A stretch of 64,000 nucleotides of DNA from Endomicrobiaceae bacterium (lineage in GTDB: Bacteria; Elusimicrobiota; Endomicrobiia; Endomicrobiales; Endomicrobiaceae): NCBI GenBank assembly GCA_045223915.1, contig JBGUZU010000033.1, positions 45,660-109,659 on the forward strand. Reading direction: 5' to 3'. Shown here one piece after another: positions 1-8,316 of this stretch. The position numbers were made by a program, and so were the translations under genes. Under the pieces are notes generated by a model. That model did not search any database. It was not told the origin of the DNA and saw only the letters and a list, made by a program, of their open reading frames with translations. The first letter of the stretch is position 1. The number at the start of each line of letters is the position of its first letter.

Positions 1-1
1 A

Positions 2-223
2 ATGAAATTTATGTTAAAAAAAGACGGCATAGATTTATTTGAAGATTTTGTTAAAGGGCAGGAAAAAATAACAAATCCTAAATTTTTAAATACGTATATG
101 TTGGGAGTATTATCAAAACATTTAAAGATTTCACAAGAAAGTTGGGAAAAAGCATTAAAGCAGGTTATAAAACCACAGTTTGTAGAAAAAAACTTGGAAA
201 TTTTTAAATCTGCAATAGTATAA
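2..223 (+). CDS. 3' end of a gene entering from upstream; possibly IorB-like (indolepyruvate:ferredoxin oxidoreductase beta subunit) C-terminus
   Basis: The frame is open to the window edge. The 73 aa seen carry no diagnostic motif. The product guess rests only on the common iorAB-paaK-ACT gene order in anaerobes. Confidence 0.3.
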   Translation: MKFMLKKDGIDLFEDFVKGQEKITNPKFLNTYMLGVLSKHLKISQESWEKALKQVIKPQFVEKNLEIFKSAIV

Positions 224-257
224 ATAGTTGTTAGAAGTCGTTAAAGAGGAGAGTTGT

Positions 258-1562
258 ATGATTTACAATGAAGCAATTGAATGTGCATCCAGAGAGAACT
301 TAAAAAATTTACAATCGGAAAGATTAGTAAAAGTTGTAAAATACATCTATGATAATTCACCTGTGTACAAACAGAAGTTTAAGAAGTTGGGAATAACACC
401 GACAGACATTAAATCTATCGACGATATTACAAAATTACCTTTTACACCGAAAGAAGATTTAAGAGATTCTTACCCGTTCGGGCTTTTTTCAACGGACATT
501 AAAAATGTTGCGGAAATTCATGTATCGAGCGGAACAACAGGTAATCCTACGGTTGTAGGTTATACAAAAAGAGATCTTAATCTTTGGGCAAATGTTGCAG
601 CTCGTTCCATTGCTTGTGCAGGCGGTAAAAAGGGAGATATTATTCAAATATCTTACGGATACGGACTGTTTACCGGCGGTTTAGGGCTTCATTACGGAGC
701 ATTAAGACTCGGTGCAACAATTATTCCTGCAGCAACAGGGCAAACAAAAAGACAAATAAAGTTAATGCAGGATTTTAAACCGAGAATTATAGCTTGTACT
801 CCGAGCTATATTTTATATTTGGCAGAAGAAATGAAAGCATTGGGAGTTGATCCGAGAACATCAAGTTGGGAAGTGGGAATATTCGGTTCCGAACCATGGA
901 GTATTGCCATGAGAGATACGATAGATAAAACCTTGAATATGAAAGCAACAGATATTTACGGACTTTCCGAAATTTGCGGTCCGGGAGTTGCACAGGAATG
1001 TACGGCAAGAGAAGGTCTTCATATTTGGTCTGATTTGTTTTATCCTGAAATAATTGATCCTGCAACAAATCAACCTGTTCCCGAAGGACAGCCCGGAGAA
1101 CTTGTAATTACTACATTAACAAAACAAGCAATTCCGTTAATAAGATACAGAACAAGAGATATAGTTGCAATAACTTATGAAACTTGTAAATGTGGAAGAA
1201 CTGCACCGAGACTCAGCAAAATAAAAGGCAGAACGGACGATATGATAGTTGTCAGGGGAATAAATGTGTTCCCGACGCAAATAGAACATGCTTTGTTGCA
1301 GGTTGACGGTGCTTTACCTAATTATCAGTTGATAGTTGACAGAGAAAATGGTTCATTGGATAAATTGGAAGTGTTGGTTGAAGTTGACGAAAAATTCTTT
1401 ACCGATGAATTGCAAGCTTTGGAAAATATAAAAGCCACAATTAAAAGAGCAATAGATTCCACCATAGGTTTAGGTGTTAATGTTAGGTTAGTGGAACCGA
1501 AAACATTGGCAAGAACCGAAGGAAAATCTAAAAGAGTTATTGATAAGAGAAACTTACATTAA
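258..1562 (+). CDS. paaK: phenylacetate-CoA ligase (PaaK family adenylate-forming enzyme)
   Basis: Motifs HVSSGTTGNPTV, DIYGLSE, RYRTRD and KGRTDDM are typical of the PaaK / F390-synthetase family. The ATG at 258 follows an AAAGAGGAGAG RBS, so the ORF-track TTG at 228 is probably an over-extension. Confidence 0.85.
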   Translation: MIYNEAIECASRENLKNLQSERLVKVVKYIYDNSPVYKQKFKKLGITPTDIKSIDDITKLPFTPKEDLRDSYPFGLFSTDIKNVAEIHVSSGTTGNPTVVGYTKRDLNLWANVAARSIACAGGKKGDIIQISYGYGLFTGGLGLHYGALRLGATIIPAATGQTKRQIKLMQDFKPRIIACTPSYILYLAEEMKALGVDPRTSSWEVGIFGSEPWSIAMRDTIDKTLNMKATDIYGLSEICGPGVAQECTAREGLHIWSDLFYPEIIDPATNQPVPEGQPGELVITTLTKQAIPLIRYRTRDIVAITYETCKCGRTAPRLSKIKGRTDDMIVVRGINVFPTQIEHALLQVDGALPNYQLIVDRENGSLDKLEVLVEVDEKFFTDELQALENIKATIKRAIDSTIGLGVNVRLVEPKTLARTEGKSKRVIDKRNLH

Positions 1563-1619
1563 ATTTTTGCATGGCAAAAATTAGTTTAAAAGTTGAATGG
1601 TTGAAGAGTTGAAAAGTTT
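1562..1619 (+). repeat. short hairpin (AATTTTTGC-ATG-GCAAAAATT) plus a 4-unit period-8 array (AAAAGTTG AATGGTTG AAGAGTTG AAAAGTTT)
   Basis: Read directly. The hairpin (1562-1582) overlaps the paaK stop codon. The array spans 1588-1619 in the paaK-ACT spacer. Confidence 0.7.
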
Positions 1620-1637
1620 GTTGTAAAGGAGATAAAA

Positions 1638-2072
1638 ATGAAAACAATTAGCCAAGTATCAATTTTTATTGAAAATACAAAAGGAAGACTTGCAAACGTT
1701 TGTGGATTGTTGGGTGATAATAACATAAATATAAAAGCTCTTACGATTGCTGAAACTCCTGAATTTGGAATACTAAGAGTAGTTTTAAATGATACCGAAA
1801 AAGCAAAAAAAGTTTTAAAAGAAAACGGTTTTATTGCAAAAATAGCTCCTGTAGTTGCTGTTGAAGTTTCCGATACACCGGGCGGACTTGCAAAAGCATT
1901 AAAAGTTTTAGCTGATAACGATATAAATCTTGAATATATGTACGGCTTTGTTGAAAAAGCCAGTGAAAAAGCATTAATGGTATTAAAATTCGATAATGTT
2001 GAAAAGGCAATAGAGATACTGCAAAAAAATAATGTTTCTATTGTAGATGACAAAGTGGCCTTGGGACTGTAA
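1638..2072 (+). CDS. ACT domain-containing protein (tandem ACT)
   Basis: The sequence reads ISVFIENTKGRLANVCGLLGDNNINIKAL, followed by a second half VSDTPGGLAKALKVLADNDINLEYMY. This is a classic ACT fold signature. It follows paaK, as in many anaerobes. Confidence 0.8.
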   Translation: MKTISQVSIFIENTKGRLANVCGLLGDNNINIKALTIAETPEFGILRVVLNDTEKAKKVLKENGFIAKIAPVVAVEVSDTPGGLAKALKVLADNDINLEYMYGFVEKASEKALMVLKFDNVEKAIEILQKNNVSIVDDKVALGL

Positions 2073-2102
2073 AGACAATTTTGAATTTACAATTTATAAT
2101 TA

Positions 2103-2750
2103 ATGAAAAAGATTAAGAATTTAAAAAAATATAAAGCGGTTTTATTTGATATGGATGGAGTTATTGTTGACTCCATGCCATATCATTTTATTTCTTGGTT
2201 TGAAACATTAAAAAAGTATAAAGTTACCGTTTCCCCTTTTGATATTTATGAAAACGAAGGTGAAAAATGTGAAATTTGTGTTAAGAGATTTTTTAAAAGA
2301 GATAACATTAAATGTGATGATAAAATTATAGAACAAGTTTTAAAATTAAGAGATAAATTATACAAAAAGTATTTCAAAGTTCATTTGTTTCCGGATATTG
2401 AACAAGTGCTAAACAGATTGAAAAAACAAGGATTTTTGCTTGCAATAGTTACAGGTTCCAACAGAGATAAAGTAAAATCCATGTTACCTAAAAAGATAGT
2501 ATCCAAATTCGATGTAATAATAGCGGCGGATATGATAAAAAGAGGGAAACCTTATCCGGATTCATATTTGACTGCGGCAAAACAATTAAAAGTTAAACCC
2601 GGTGAATGTATAGTTATAGAAAATGCCCCCTATGGCATAAAAGCTGCAAAATCGGCAAAAATGTTTTGTGTAACGGTTACCACAAGTCTTCCCGAACAAT
2701 ACTTAAAACAATCGGATGTTGTTTGTAAAAAAGTTAGTGATGTTTTATAG
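2103..2750 (+). CDS. HAD-superfamily hydrolase (beta-phosphoglucomutase-like subfamily IA)
   Basis: HAD motif I DMDGVIVDS, motif II VTGS, motif III K.GKPYPD, motif IV ENAPYGIKAAKSA. Confidence 0.8.
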   Translation: MKKIKNLKKYKAVLFDMDGVIVDSMPYHFISWFETLKKYKVTVSPFDIYENEGEKCEICVKRFFKRDNIKCDDKIIEQVLKLRDKLYKKYFKVHLFPDIEQVLNRLKKQGFLLAIVTGSNRDKVKSMLPKKIVSKFDVIIAADMIKRGKPYPDSYLTAAKQLKVKPGECIVIENAPYGIKAAKSAKMFCVTVTTSLPEQYLKQSDVVCKKVSDVL

Positions 2751-2761
2751 GGTATATTATA

Positions 2762-3496
2762 ATGAAGTGTTCGGAAATATCATTATCCATAATAATGCCT
2801 GTTTATAATGAACAGGAAAACATAATGTTTGCCATAGAGCAAACAATGTCGGAATGTAAAAATTTTAAAAAGGCCGAACTAATAGTTATTAACGATGGCA
2901 GCAATGATGATACCAACAAAAAACTCATTGATTTATCAATAAAATACCCCAATTTAATAGTTTTAAAAAATCATAGAAATATAGGTATAGCAAAGTCATT
3001 AAGATATGGCTTTTTAAAAGTATTAAACGATTATGTTTTGTTCAATTCGGCAGATTTGCCGTTAGATCCGAAAGATATTTGTAACATAATTGAACAAAGG
3101 TATCCTTTCGATTTATTGGTGTTGGAAAGAAAAGGATATTCAGATTTATCAAATTGGAGAATATTTGTTTCTGTTTTCAACAGAGTTGTTTTACACATAT
3201 TTTTCCCCTTGGCATTGATAGATATAGCAGATTGTAATTATACTTTTATAATAAAGAAAGATTTGTTGCAAAAGGCATTTCCAAATGCAATAAGTTCCAA
3301 CTTTATTGAAACGGAAATAATATTAAGAGCAAAATATTTAAATGCGGATGTTAAAACTATAGAAACAAAATATAACAGAAGAAAACTCAGCAGAAAACAT
3401 TTTGGAAGAATGCGAAATATAATGTACTCTATAAAAGATTTAATTAGTTTCAGATTATATAGTATACTTGTTATATTAGGTATTAAAAAACAATAA
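2762..3496 (+). CDS. family 2 glycosyltransferase (polyprenol-phosphate sugar transferase-like)
   Basis: N-terminal SIIMPVYNEQENI and INDGSNDDT (DxD-type) motifs. C-terminal hydrophobic tail. Confidence 0.8.
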   Translation: MKCSEISLSIIMPVYNEQENIMFAIEQTMSECKNFKKAELIVINDGSNDDTNKKLIDLSIKYPNLIVLKNHRNIGIAKSLRYGFLKVLNDYVLFNSADLPLDPKDICNIIEQRYPFDLLVLERKGYSDLSNWRIFVSVFNRVVLHIFFPLALIDIADCNYTFIIKKDLLQKAFPNAISSNFIETEIILRAKYLNADVKTIETKYNRRKLSRKHFGRMRNIMYSIKDLISFRLYSILVILGIKKQ

Positions 3497-3501
3497 TTAA
3501 A

Positions 3502-3517
3502 TGTTTCATGTGAAACA
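3502..3517 (+). promoter_or_regulatory. parS-like ParB binding site, TGTTTCATGTGAAACA
   Basis: 15/16 match to the canonical parS TGTTNCACGTGAAACA. One of six copies upstream of parAB. Confidence 0.75.
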
Positions 3518-3562
3518 ATTAACTACAACAGCAAACAAGAATTTCTTAATTGAAAAACAAAA

Positions 3563-4870
3563 ATGGTTAAAATATTATTAGTTAATCCCCCGATATATGA
3601 TTTTGCCGCATATGATTTGTGGGCAAAACCTCTCGGGCTTCTATATTTATCTTCAATATTGAAACAACAAAATATAGATGTTCAGTTGTTTGATTATATG
3701 GACAGAAATTATCCCGGTGTACAAAAACAGCCGTCAAACAAATACGGATGCGGTCATTATATACAACAAGAAATAGAAAAACCTAAAGTAATAAGCAATA
3801 TTAAAAGAAGGTATCACAGATATGGTATTCCTTCCGATATAGCAGAAAACTTTTTCCGAAACATAGAAAAGCCGGACATTATAATAATGGGTTCTATTAT
3901 GACCTATTGGTATTTAGGTATAATAGAGGTATCAAAATTATTGAAAAAAATCTTTCCTGATGTTCCAGTTATTCTCAGCGGTATATATGCCACGTTATGT
4001 AATGAACATGCGAAAAAAATAAAAACTATAGATGATGTAGTAATAGGATCTTTTGATAATTTTAACCCGATATTAAAAAAATATAATGTAGCAGTTGAAC
4101 TGACTTCAAATTTTACAGGTTTCCCATGTCCGGACTATTCTTTTTATAAAAATAAAGAATATATTGTACTAAAAACAAGTATCGGATGCCCGTTTAAGTG
4201 CAATTATTGTGCGCAATACATATTAAATAATAATACATATACAATAAAAAATCCGTTAACAATAAAAGATGAAATATATAAGTTAACAGAAAACAATATA
4301 CAGAACATAGCCTTTTATGATGATGCATTGATATTCAATTCGGATAAACTAATAAAAGTTATGTTGAAAAGTATATTAAAAGATAATAAATCTTTTTATT
4401 TCCATACCCCCAACGGCCTACATGCTCGATTTTTGGATGAAGAGCTTGCAGAACTAATGTTCAATGCTAAATTTATTCAACCGAGATTTAGCCTGGAAAC
4501 ATCTAACAGCCTGGAACAGAAAAACAGCAATAATAAAGTTAGTAACAGTGAGTATGAAAGAACAATAAAATATTTGAATAATGCAGGATATAAAAGCGGG
4601 GAATATATAACATATCTTTTAATAGGTATGCCGGGACAAAACATAGAAAATATTAAAGAATCTATAGAATATGTCCATGGTTTAGGTTCAAGAATATCCT
4701 TATCGGAATATAGTCCGATACCATATACCAAAGACTGGCAAACGTTGCCTCAAGAACTAAAACAAGATCCCCTCACTCAAAATAATACTTATTTTATGAC
4801 ATTAAATAAAGATTATAATAAACTTATTAAACTTAAAGAGTATGCTAAAGAACTTAATAAAAAATTATAA
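3563..4870 (+). CDS. B12-binding-domain radical SAM protein
   Basis: N-terminal Rossmann-like KILLVNPP...PLGLLYLSSIL is typical of the cobalamin-binding domain. It is followed by the CxxxCxxC cluster motif CPFKCNYC. Confidence 0.75.
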   Translation: MVKILLVNPPIYDFAAYDLWAKPLGLLYLSSILKQQNIDVQLFDYMDRNYPGVQKQPSNKYGCGHYIQQEIEKPKVISNIKRRYHRYGIPSDIAENFFRNIEKPDIIIMGSIMTYWYLGIIEVSKLLKKIFPDVPVILSGIYATLCNEHAKKIKTIDDVVIGSFDNFNPILKKYNVAVELTSNFTGFPCPDYSFYKNKEYIVLKTSIGCPFKCNYCAQYILNNNTYTIKNPLTIKDEIYKLTENNIQNIAFYDDALIFNSDKLIKVMLKSILKDNKSFYFHTPNGLHARFLDEELAELMFNAKFIQPRFSLETSNSLEQKNSNNKVSNSEYERTIKYLNNAGYKSGEYITYLLIGMPGQNIENIKESIEYVHGLGSRISLSEYSPIPYTKDWQTLPQELKQDPLTQNNTYFMTLNKDYNKLIKLKEYAKELNKKL

Positions 4871-4880
4871 GGTAATTTTT

Positions 4881-4943
4881 GAGGTATAGAGGAATAGAAG
4901 TATAGAGGTATGGAGAAGGCGGTACAAAATGCATAGCATTTTG
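4881..4943 (+). repeat. 5-unit period-8 array (GAGGTATA GAGGAATA GAAGTATA GAGGTATG GAGAAGGC) plus hairpin CAAAATGC-ATA-GCATTTTG
   Basis: Read directly. The first 38 nt are near-identical to the minus-strand sequence at 46277..46240. Confidence 0.8.
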
Positions 4944-4947
4944 TTTG

Positions 4948-4963
4948 TGTTTCATGTGAAACA
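4948..4963 (+). promoter_or_regulatory. parS-like site, TGTTTCATGTGAAACA
   Basis: Exact copy of the 16-mer. Confidence 0.75.
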
Positions 4964-4982
4964 TTTATAATTTGGGTAAATT

Positions 4983-5858
4983 ATGCATTATACAAAGGTA
5001 AAAACTATATTATCTGCTAAAAACGGGATGAACCTATATAGAGGTTGTTCCCATGGTTGTATATATTGCGATTCAAGAAGCAAAGTTTATAATATGCAAC
5101 ATCCGTTCGAAGATATAGAAATAAAATCAAATGCTATAGAACTGTTAGAGAAATCTCTCAAAAGTAAAAGAAAGAAATGTATGATAGGTATGGGCTCCAT
5201 GACAGATCCGTATATTCCCTTGGAAAAAAAAATAAAAAATACAAGAAAATCGTTAGAATTAATATATAAATATGGTTTCGGGGCCACACTTATAACAAAA
5301 TCATCATCGATAATAAGAGATCTAGATATTTTAAAGGCAATAAACAATAAAACAAAATGTGTCATTCAAATGACATTAACTACTTTCGATGAAAAACTCT
5401 GTAAAATAATAGAGCCTAATGTAAGCAGTACCAAAGAAAGATTTGAAACATTAAAAATACTTAATCAGAATGATATTCCGACAATTGTTTGGCTTACACC
5501 GATATTGCCGTTTATAAATGATACCGAAGAAAATTTGACCGGTATTTTAGATTATTGTATAAAAGTAAATGTTTACGGAATAATATGTTTCGGTATGGGG
5601 GTAACTTTAAGGGATGGAAACAGAGAATACTTTTATAAAAAATTAGATAAATATTTCCCCCGATTAAAAGAAAAGTATATAAAAACCTATGGAACTAATT
5701 ATATATTGAATAGTCCGAATAATAAACACCTAATGACCGTATTCTATAAAACATGCCAAAAACATAATATGATTTATAATAATAATGATATTTTTCAATA
5801 TTTAAATACTTTTGAAAGCAAAGAAATTCCGGAAAAACAACAATTAGAGTTATTTTGA
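4983..5858 (+). CDS. radical SAM protein (SplB / COG1533-like family)
   Basis: CSHGCIYC cluster motif near the N-terminus. Size and layout resemble the 'DNA repair photolyase'-type radical SAM proteins. Substrate unknown. Confidence 0.7.
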   Translation: MHYTKVKTILSAKNGMNLYRGCSHGCIYCDSRSKVYNMQHPFEDIEIKSNAIELLEKSLKSKRKKCMIGMGSMTDPYIPLEKKIKNTRKSLELIYKYGFGATLITKSSSIIRDLDILKAINNKTKCVIQMTLTTFDEKLCKIIEPNVSSTKERFETLKILNQNDIPTIVWLTPILPFINDTEENLTGILDYCIKVNVYGIICFGMGVTLRDGNREYFYKKLDKYFPRLKEKYIKTYGTNYILNSPNNKHLMTVFYKTCQKHNMIYNNNDIFQYLNTFESKEIPEKQQLELF

Positions 5859-5869
5859 TAAGCATTGAA

Positions 5870-5885
5870 TGTTTCATGTGAAACA
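5870..5885 (+). promoter_or_regulatory. parS-like site, TGTTTCATGTGAAACA
   Basis: Exact copy of the 16-mer. Confidence 0.75.
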
Positions 5886-5949
5886 AAACGACAATTTATA
5901 ATTTACAATGTATAGTGTATAATTAACAAAAATTTAAAACAAAAGTATA

Positions 5950-5978
5950 TTGTAAAAAATTGTTAAATAATATATAAT
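5950..5978 (+). promoter_or_regulatory. candidate sigma70-type promoter TTGTAA-17 nt-TATAAT
   Basis: Hexamers at 5950-5955 and 5973-5978. The -10 element abuts the parS copy at 5979. Sequence pattern only. Confidence 0.35.
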
Positions 5979-5994
5979 TGTTTCATGTGAAACA
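5979..5994 (+). promoter_or_regulatory. parS-like site, TGTTTCATGTGAAACA
   Basis: Exact copy. The extended palindrome AATTGTTTCATGTGAAACAATT is shared with the 7464 copy. Confidence 0.75.
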
Positions 5995-6011
5995 ATTACA
6001 GGAGAGTAAAA

Positions 6012-6704
6012 TTGGATTTCGAAATTATATCATTTTTCGGAACTATATTATTATTTACCGGTTTCTTTGTGGCCTTGGAATTGTTTTTAATATATTTTTC
6101 TCCTCCAAAAAAGATTGAAATTAATGGTGTCAATAGTACTGCGCCACTAAAAATATATACAAATTATTTTTTCTTACCGTTTAGAACAAAAGTAACGGAA
6201 TACTATACTTTAAAGAATATAGAATTATCTGTAAATAGAGATATGTCGAGTGCCAAGAAACATAATATATACGAACTTATTTTACATATTCCCGGGAAGA
6301 ATATATCATTGAAGAAAGGAAATAAGAAAGAATTGTCGAAAGAATGTGAAGTTATTATTCAAAGTATTAATTCTTCCGGAGAATACGTATTATTGAATAA
6401 TTCTTCGTTTCAAATGAGTATAGTTGTTTGCTTTTTTGTTTTTATTTTATTCTTAATATGTCTTAATGGTAAGCCTGAAATTAATATTATGACAGATGGA
6501 CATATGATGGAGCTTTTTATGTCATATATGATATCGGCACTTATATTTTTTGTACTTGTATTGTCAAGCGTAATATTAAATTCTTTAGATAGACATAAAA
6601 ATAAGAAAACTAATAAAGAATATGATATAAATGAAGAAAGCATTAAAGAATGGAACAGACTGGCTGCTGATGCACAAAAAATATATGACTCTTTAATAAA
6701 ATAA
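6012..6704 (+). CDS. membrane protein of unknown function (paralog A)
   Basis: TTG start 6 nt after GGAGAG. Layout is an N-terminal TM, a ~100-aa soluble segment, two central TMs and a charged C-terminus. Shares YFFLPF.TK and AQ.[IM]YDS[LI]IK-stop with the next gene. Confidence 0.6.
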   Translation: MDFEIISFFGTILLFTGFFVALELFLIYFSPPKKIEINGVNSTAPLKIYTNYFFLPFRTKVTEYYTLKNIELSVNRDMSSAKKHNIYELILHIPGKNISLKKGNKKELSKECEVIIQSINSSGEYVLLNNSSFQMSIVVCFFVFILFLICLNGKPEINIMTDGHMMELFMSYMISALIFFVLVLSSVILNSLDRHKNKKTNKEYDINEESIKEWNRLAADAQKIYDSLIK

Positions 6705-6718
6705 AAACAAAACGCAAA

Positions 6719-6734
6719 TATTTCATGTGAAACA
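6719..6734 (+). promoter_or_regulatory. parS-like site, one mismatch (TATTTCATGTGAAACA)
   Basis: Same core and orientation, with G to A at position 2. Confidence 0.6.
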
Positions 6735-6752
6735 TTTTAAAACGGAGATGGT

Positions 6753-7448
6753 ATGGTTTTTACGAATTTATTGATATTAATTATACTTGTAGGTTTTCTT
6801 GGGTTTCTTACAATATATTCAGTATCCCCCAAAAAATTCGAATTGAAAATTATCAACAACGAACTCATAGCATTATTATATTCAACATACTTTTTCTTAC
6901 CGTTCACAACAAAAATAAAAAAATATAAAAATATAAAAAAAGCATATGTCAGAAAAAGAGTAGAACGAAGTAAATACTCTAAATATTTTGTTTATGATCT
7001 TATGTTAGAGTCTTCAAAACGGCCATTAATCATTGTAAAAGGAAAAAGAGAATATAAAAAATTAGAGGAGCATTGTGAAAAAATTAATCAATCCATTAGC
7101 TCTTTCGCGGAGTATTCGTTCGATATATGTAGAGGAAACTGGCGAACATTTATAATTATTATAATGGTAATAATCCCCATATTTATGATGATACCCCATA
7201 CATGTGCTAAAGATTTTAATTATTCACGAGATATAGTATTTCAATACTTTATATATGTATATTTGTCAACAATAGCTATAATTGCTATATCTATAATATT
7301 AAGTTCAATGGTAAATCGTTCAATAGAATCGAAGAACCAAACAAATGTTGTATTATCGGCAAAGAATAATATAGAAAAAGATGTAAAAGAACAAAATAGA
7401 GATATAAATTCTGAAGCTCAAAGAATGTATGATTCTATAATAAAATAA
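6753..7448 (+). CDS. membrane protein of unknown function (paralog B)
   Basis: Same length, topology and conserved patches as 6012..6704. GGAGA RBS. Confidence 0.6.
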   Translation: MVFTNLLILIILVGFLGFLTIYSVSPKKFELKIINNELIALLYSTYFFLPFTTKIKKYKNIKKAYVRKRVERSKYSKYFVYDLMLESSKRPLIIVKGKREYKKLEEHCEKINQSISSFAEYSFDICRGNWRTFIIIIMVIIPIFMMIPHTCAKDFNYSRDIVFQYFIYVYLSTIAIIAISIILSSMVNRSIESKNQTNVVLSAKNNIEKDVKEQNRDINSEAQRMYDSIIK

Positions 7449-7463
7449 AAAATAATATACAAT

Positions 7464-7479
7464 TGTTTCATGTGAAACA
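7464..7479 (+). promoter_or_regulatory. parS-like site, TGTTTCATGTGAAACA
   Basis: Exact copy. Its translation produces the spurious MFHVKQ N-terminal extension in the ORF track. Confidence 0.8.
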
Positions 7480-7501
7480 ATTAGAAGTCAGGAGAATTAT
7501 T

Positions 7502-8281
7502 ATGAGTAAAGTAATTGCCATTGCAAATCAAAAAGGCGGGGTAGGGAAAACAACAACTGCAATAAACCTTGCAGCAAGTTTAGCTCATTTGGGGCAGGAA
7601 TGTTTGTTAATAGATATGGATCCTCAAAGCAATACTACAAGCGGTCTGGGGATAGATCAAACCGGTATTACAAAAACAATATATAATGTGCTTATAGATG
7701 AGGTTGCATTAGAAGATATTCTTAAAACTACGGAAATGGATTGGCTCGATATTGCACCGGCAAGTATTGATTTAAGCGGTGCGGAAATAGAGTTGGTTAA
7801 TATGGAAAACAGAGAAAAAAGATTGAAAATGGCTTTGGAAAAGTTCCAAAAAGTTTACAAATATATAATAATAGATTGTCCTCCTACTCTTGGACTTCTA
7901 ACAATTAACTCTTTGGTTGCCGCAGATACCGTAATAATTCCTATGAAATGCGGATTTTTTGAATTGCAGGGATTAGGTCAACTTTCAAAAACTATATTTA
8001 CATTAATGCAAACATACCATTTGGATTTGGAAGGGGTTTTGTTCACAATGTTTGACAGCAGAACAAAATTATCGCAACAAGTTGTAGATGAAGTTGTAAA
8101 ATTTTTCGGCGATAAAGTTTATAATACCAAAATCCCGAGAACGGTTAAATTAATGGAAGCTCCGAGTTTCGGAAAACCTGTAATATTGTACGATAAAAGT
8201 TGTAAAGGAACGGAATCTTATTTGGATTTTGCTACGGAATTTTTGCAAAGACAAAACGTTATTCCTAATGCAGCACAATAA
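7502..8281 (+). CDS. parA: chromosome partitioning ATPase ParA/Soj
   Basis: Deviant Walker [16 protein letters not shown], then IIDCPP and the rest of the ParA fold. The ATG at 7502 follows an AGGAGA RBS. Confidence 0.9.
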   Translation: MSKVIAIANQKGGVGKTTTAINLAASLAHLGQECLLIDMDPQSNTTSGLGIDQTGITKTIYNVLIDEVALEDILKTTEMDWLDIAPASIDLSGAEIELVNMENREKRLKMALEKFQKVYKYIIIDCPPTLGLLTINSLVAADTVIIPMKCGFFELQGLGQLSKTIFTLMQTYHLDLEGVLFTMFDSRTKLSQQVVDEVVKFFGDKVYNTKIPRTVKLMEAPSFGKPVILYDKSCKGTESYLDFATEFLQRQNVIPNAAQ

Positions 8282-8316
8282 ATAAACTGTAAAATTAATT
8301 AAAAAGGAGATATAAA

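Noticed and set aside
1586-2053. 155-aa minus-strand ORF
   Set aside because: It is fully antisense to the ACT-domain gene, which has clear family motifs. This is a shadow ORF typical of AT-rich DNA. The same reasoning applies to 787..1068, 9407..9850, 11037..11396, 26493..26819, 27594..27926, 32539..33114, 33325..33657, 40054..40341, 40834..41145, 42466..42810, 43054..43365, 57901..58281, 58442..58741 and 58894..59238.
3502-7479. CRISPR-like array (identical 16-mers recurring in non-coding DNA)
   Set aside because: The repeats are 0.1-1.4 kb apart and separated by full-length genes. They are palindromic parS matches, and no cas genes are present.
7463-7501. N-terminal extension [13 protein letters not shown] of the parA ORF in the track
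   Set aside because: It is the translation of the parS palindrome (GTTTCATGTGAAAC gives FHVK). The conserved ParA N-terminus [13 protein letters not shown] starts at 7502, right after an AGGAGA RBS.
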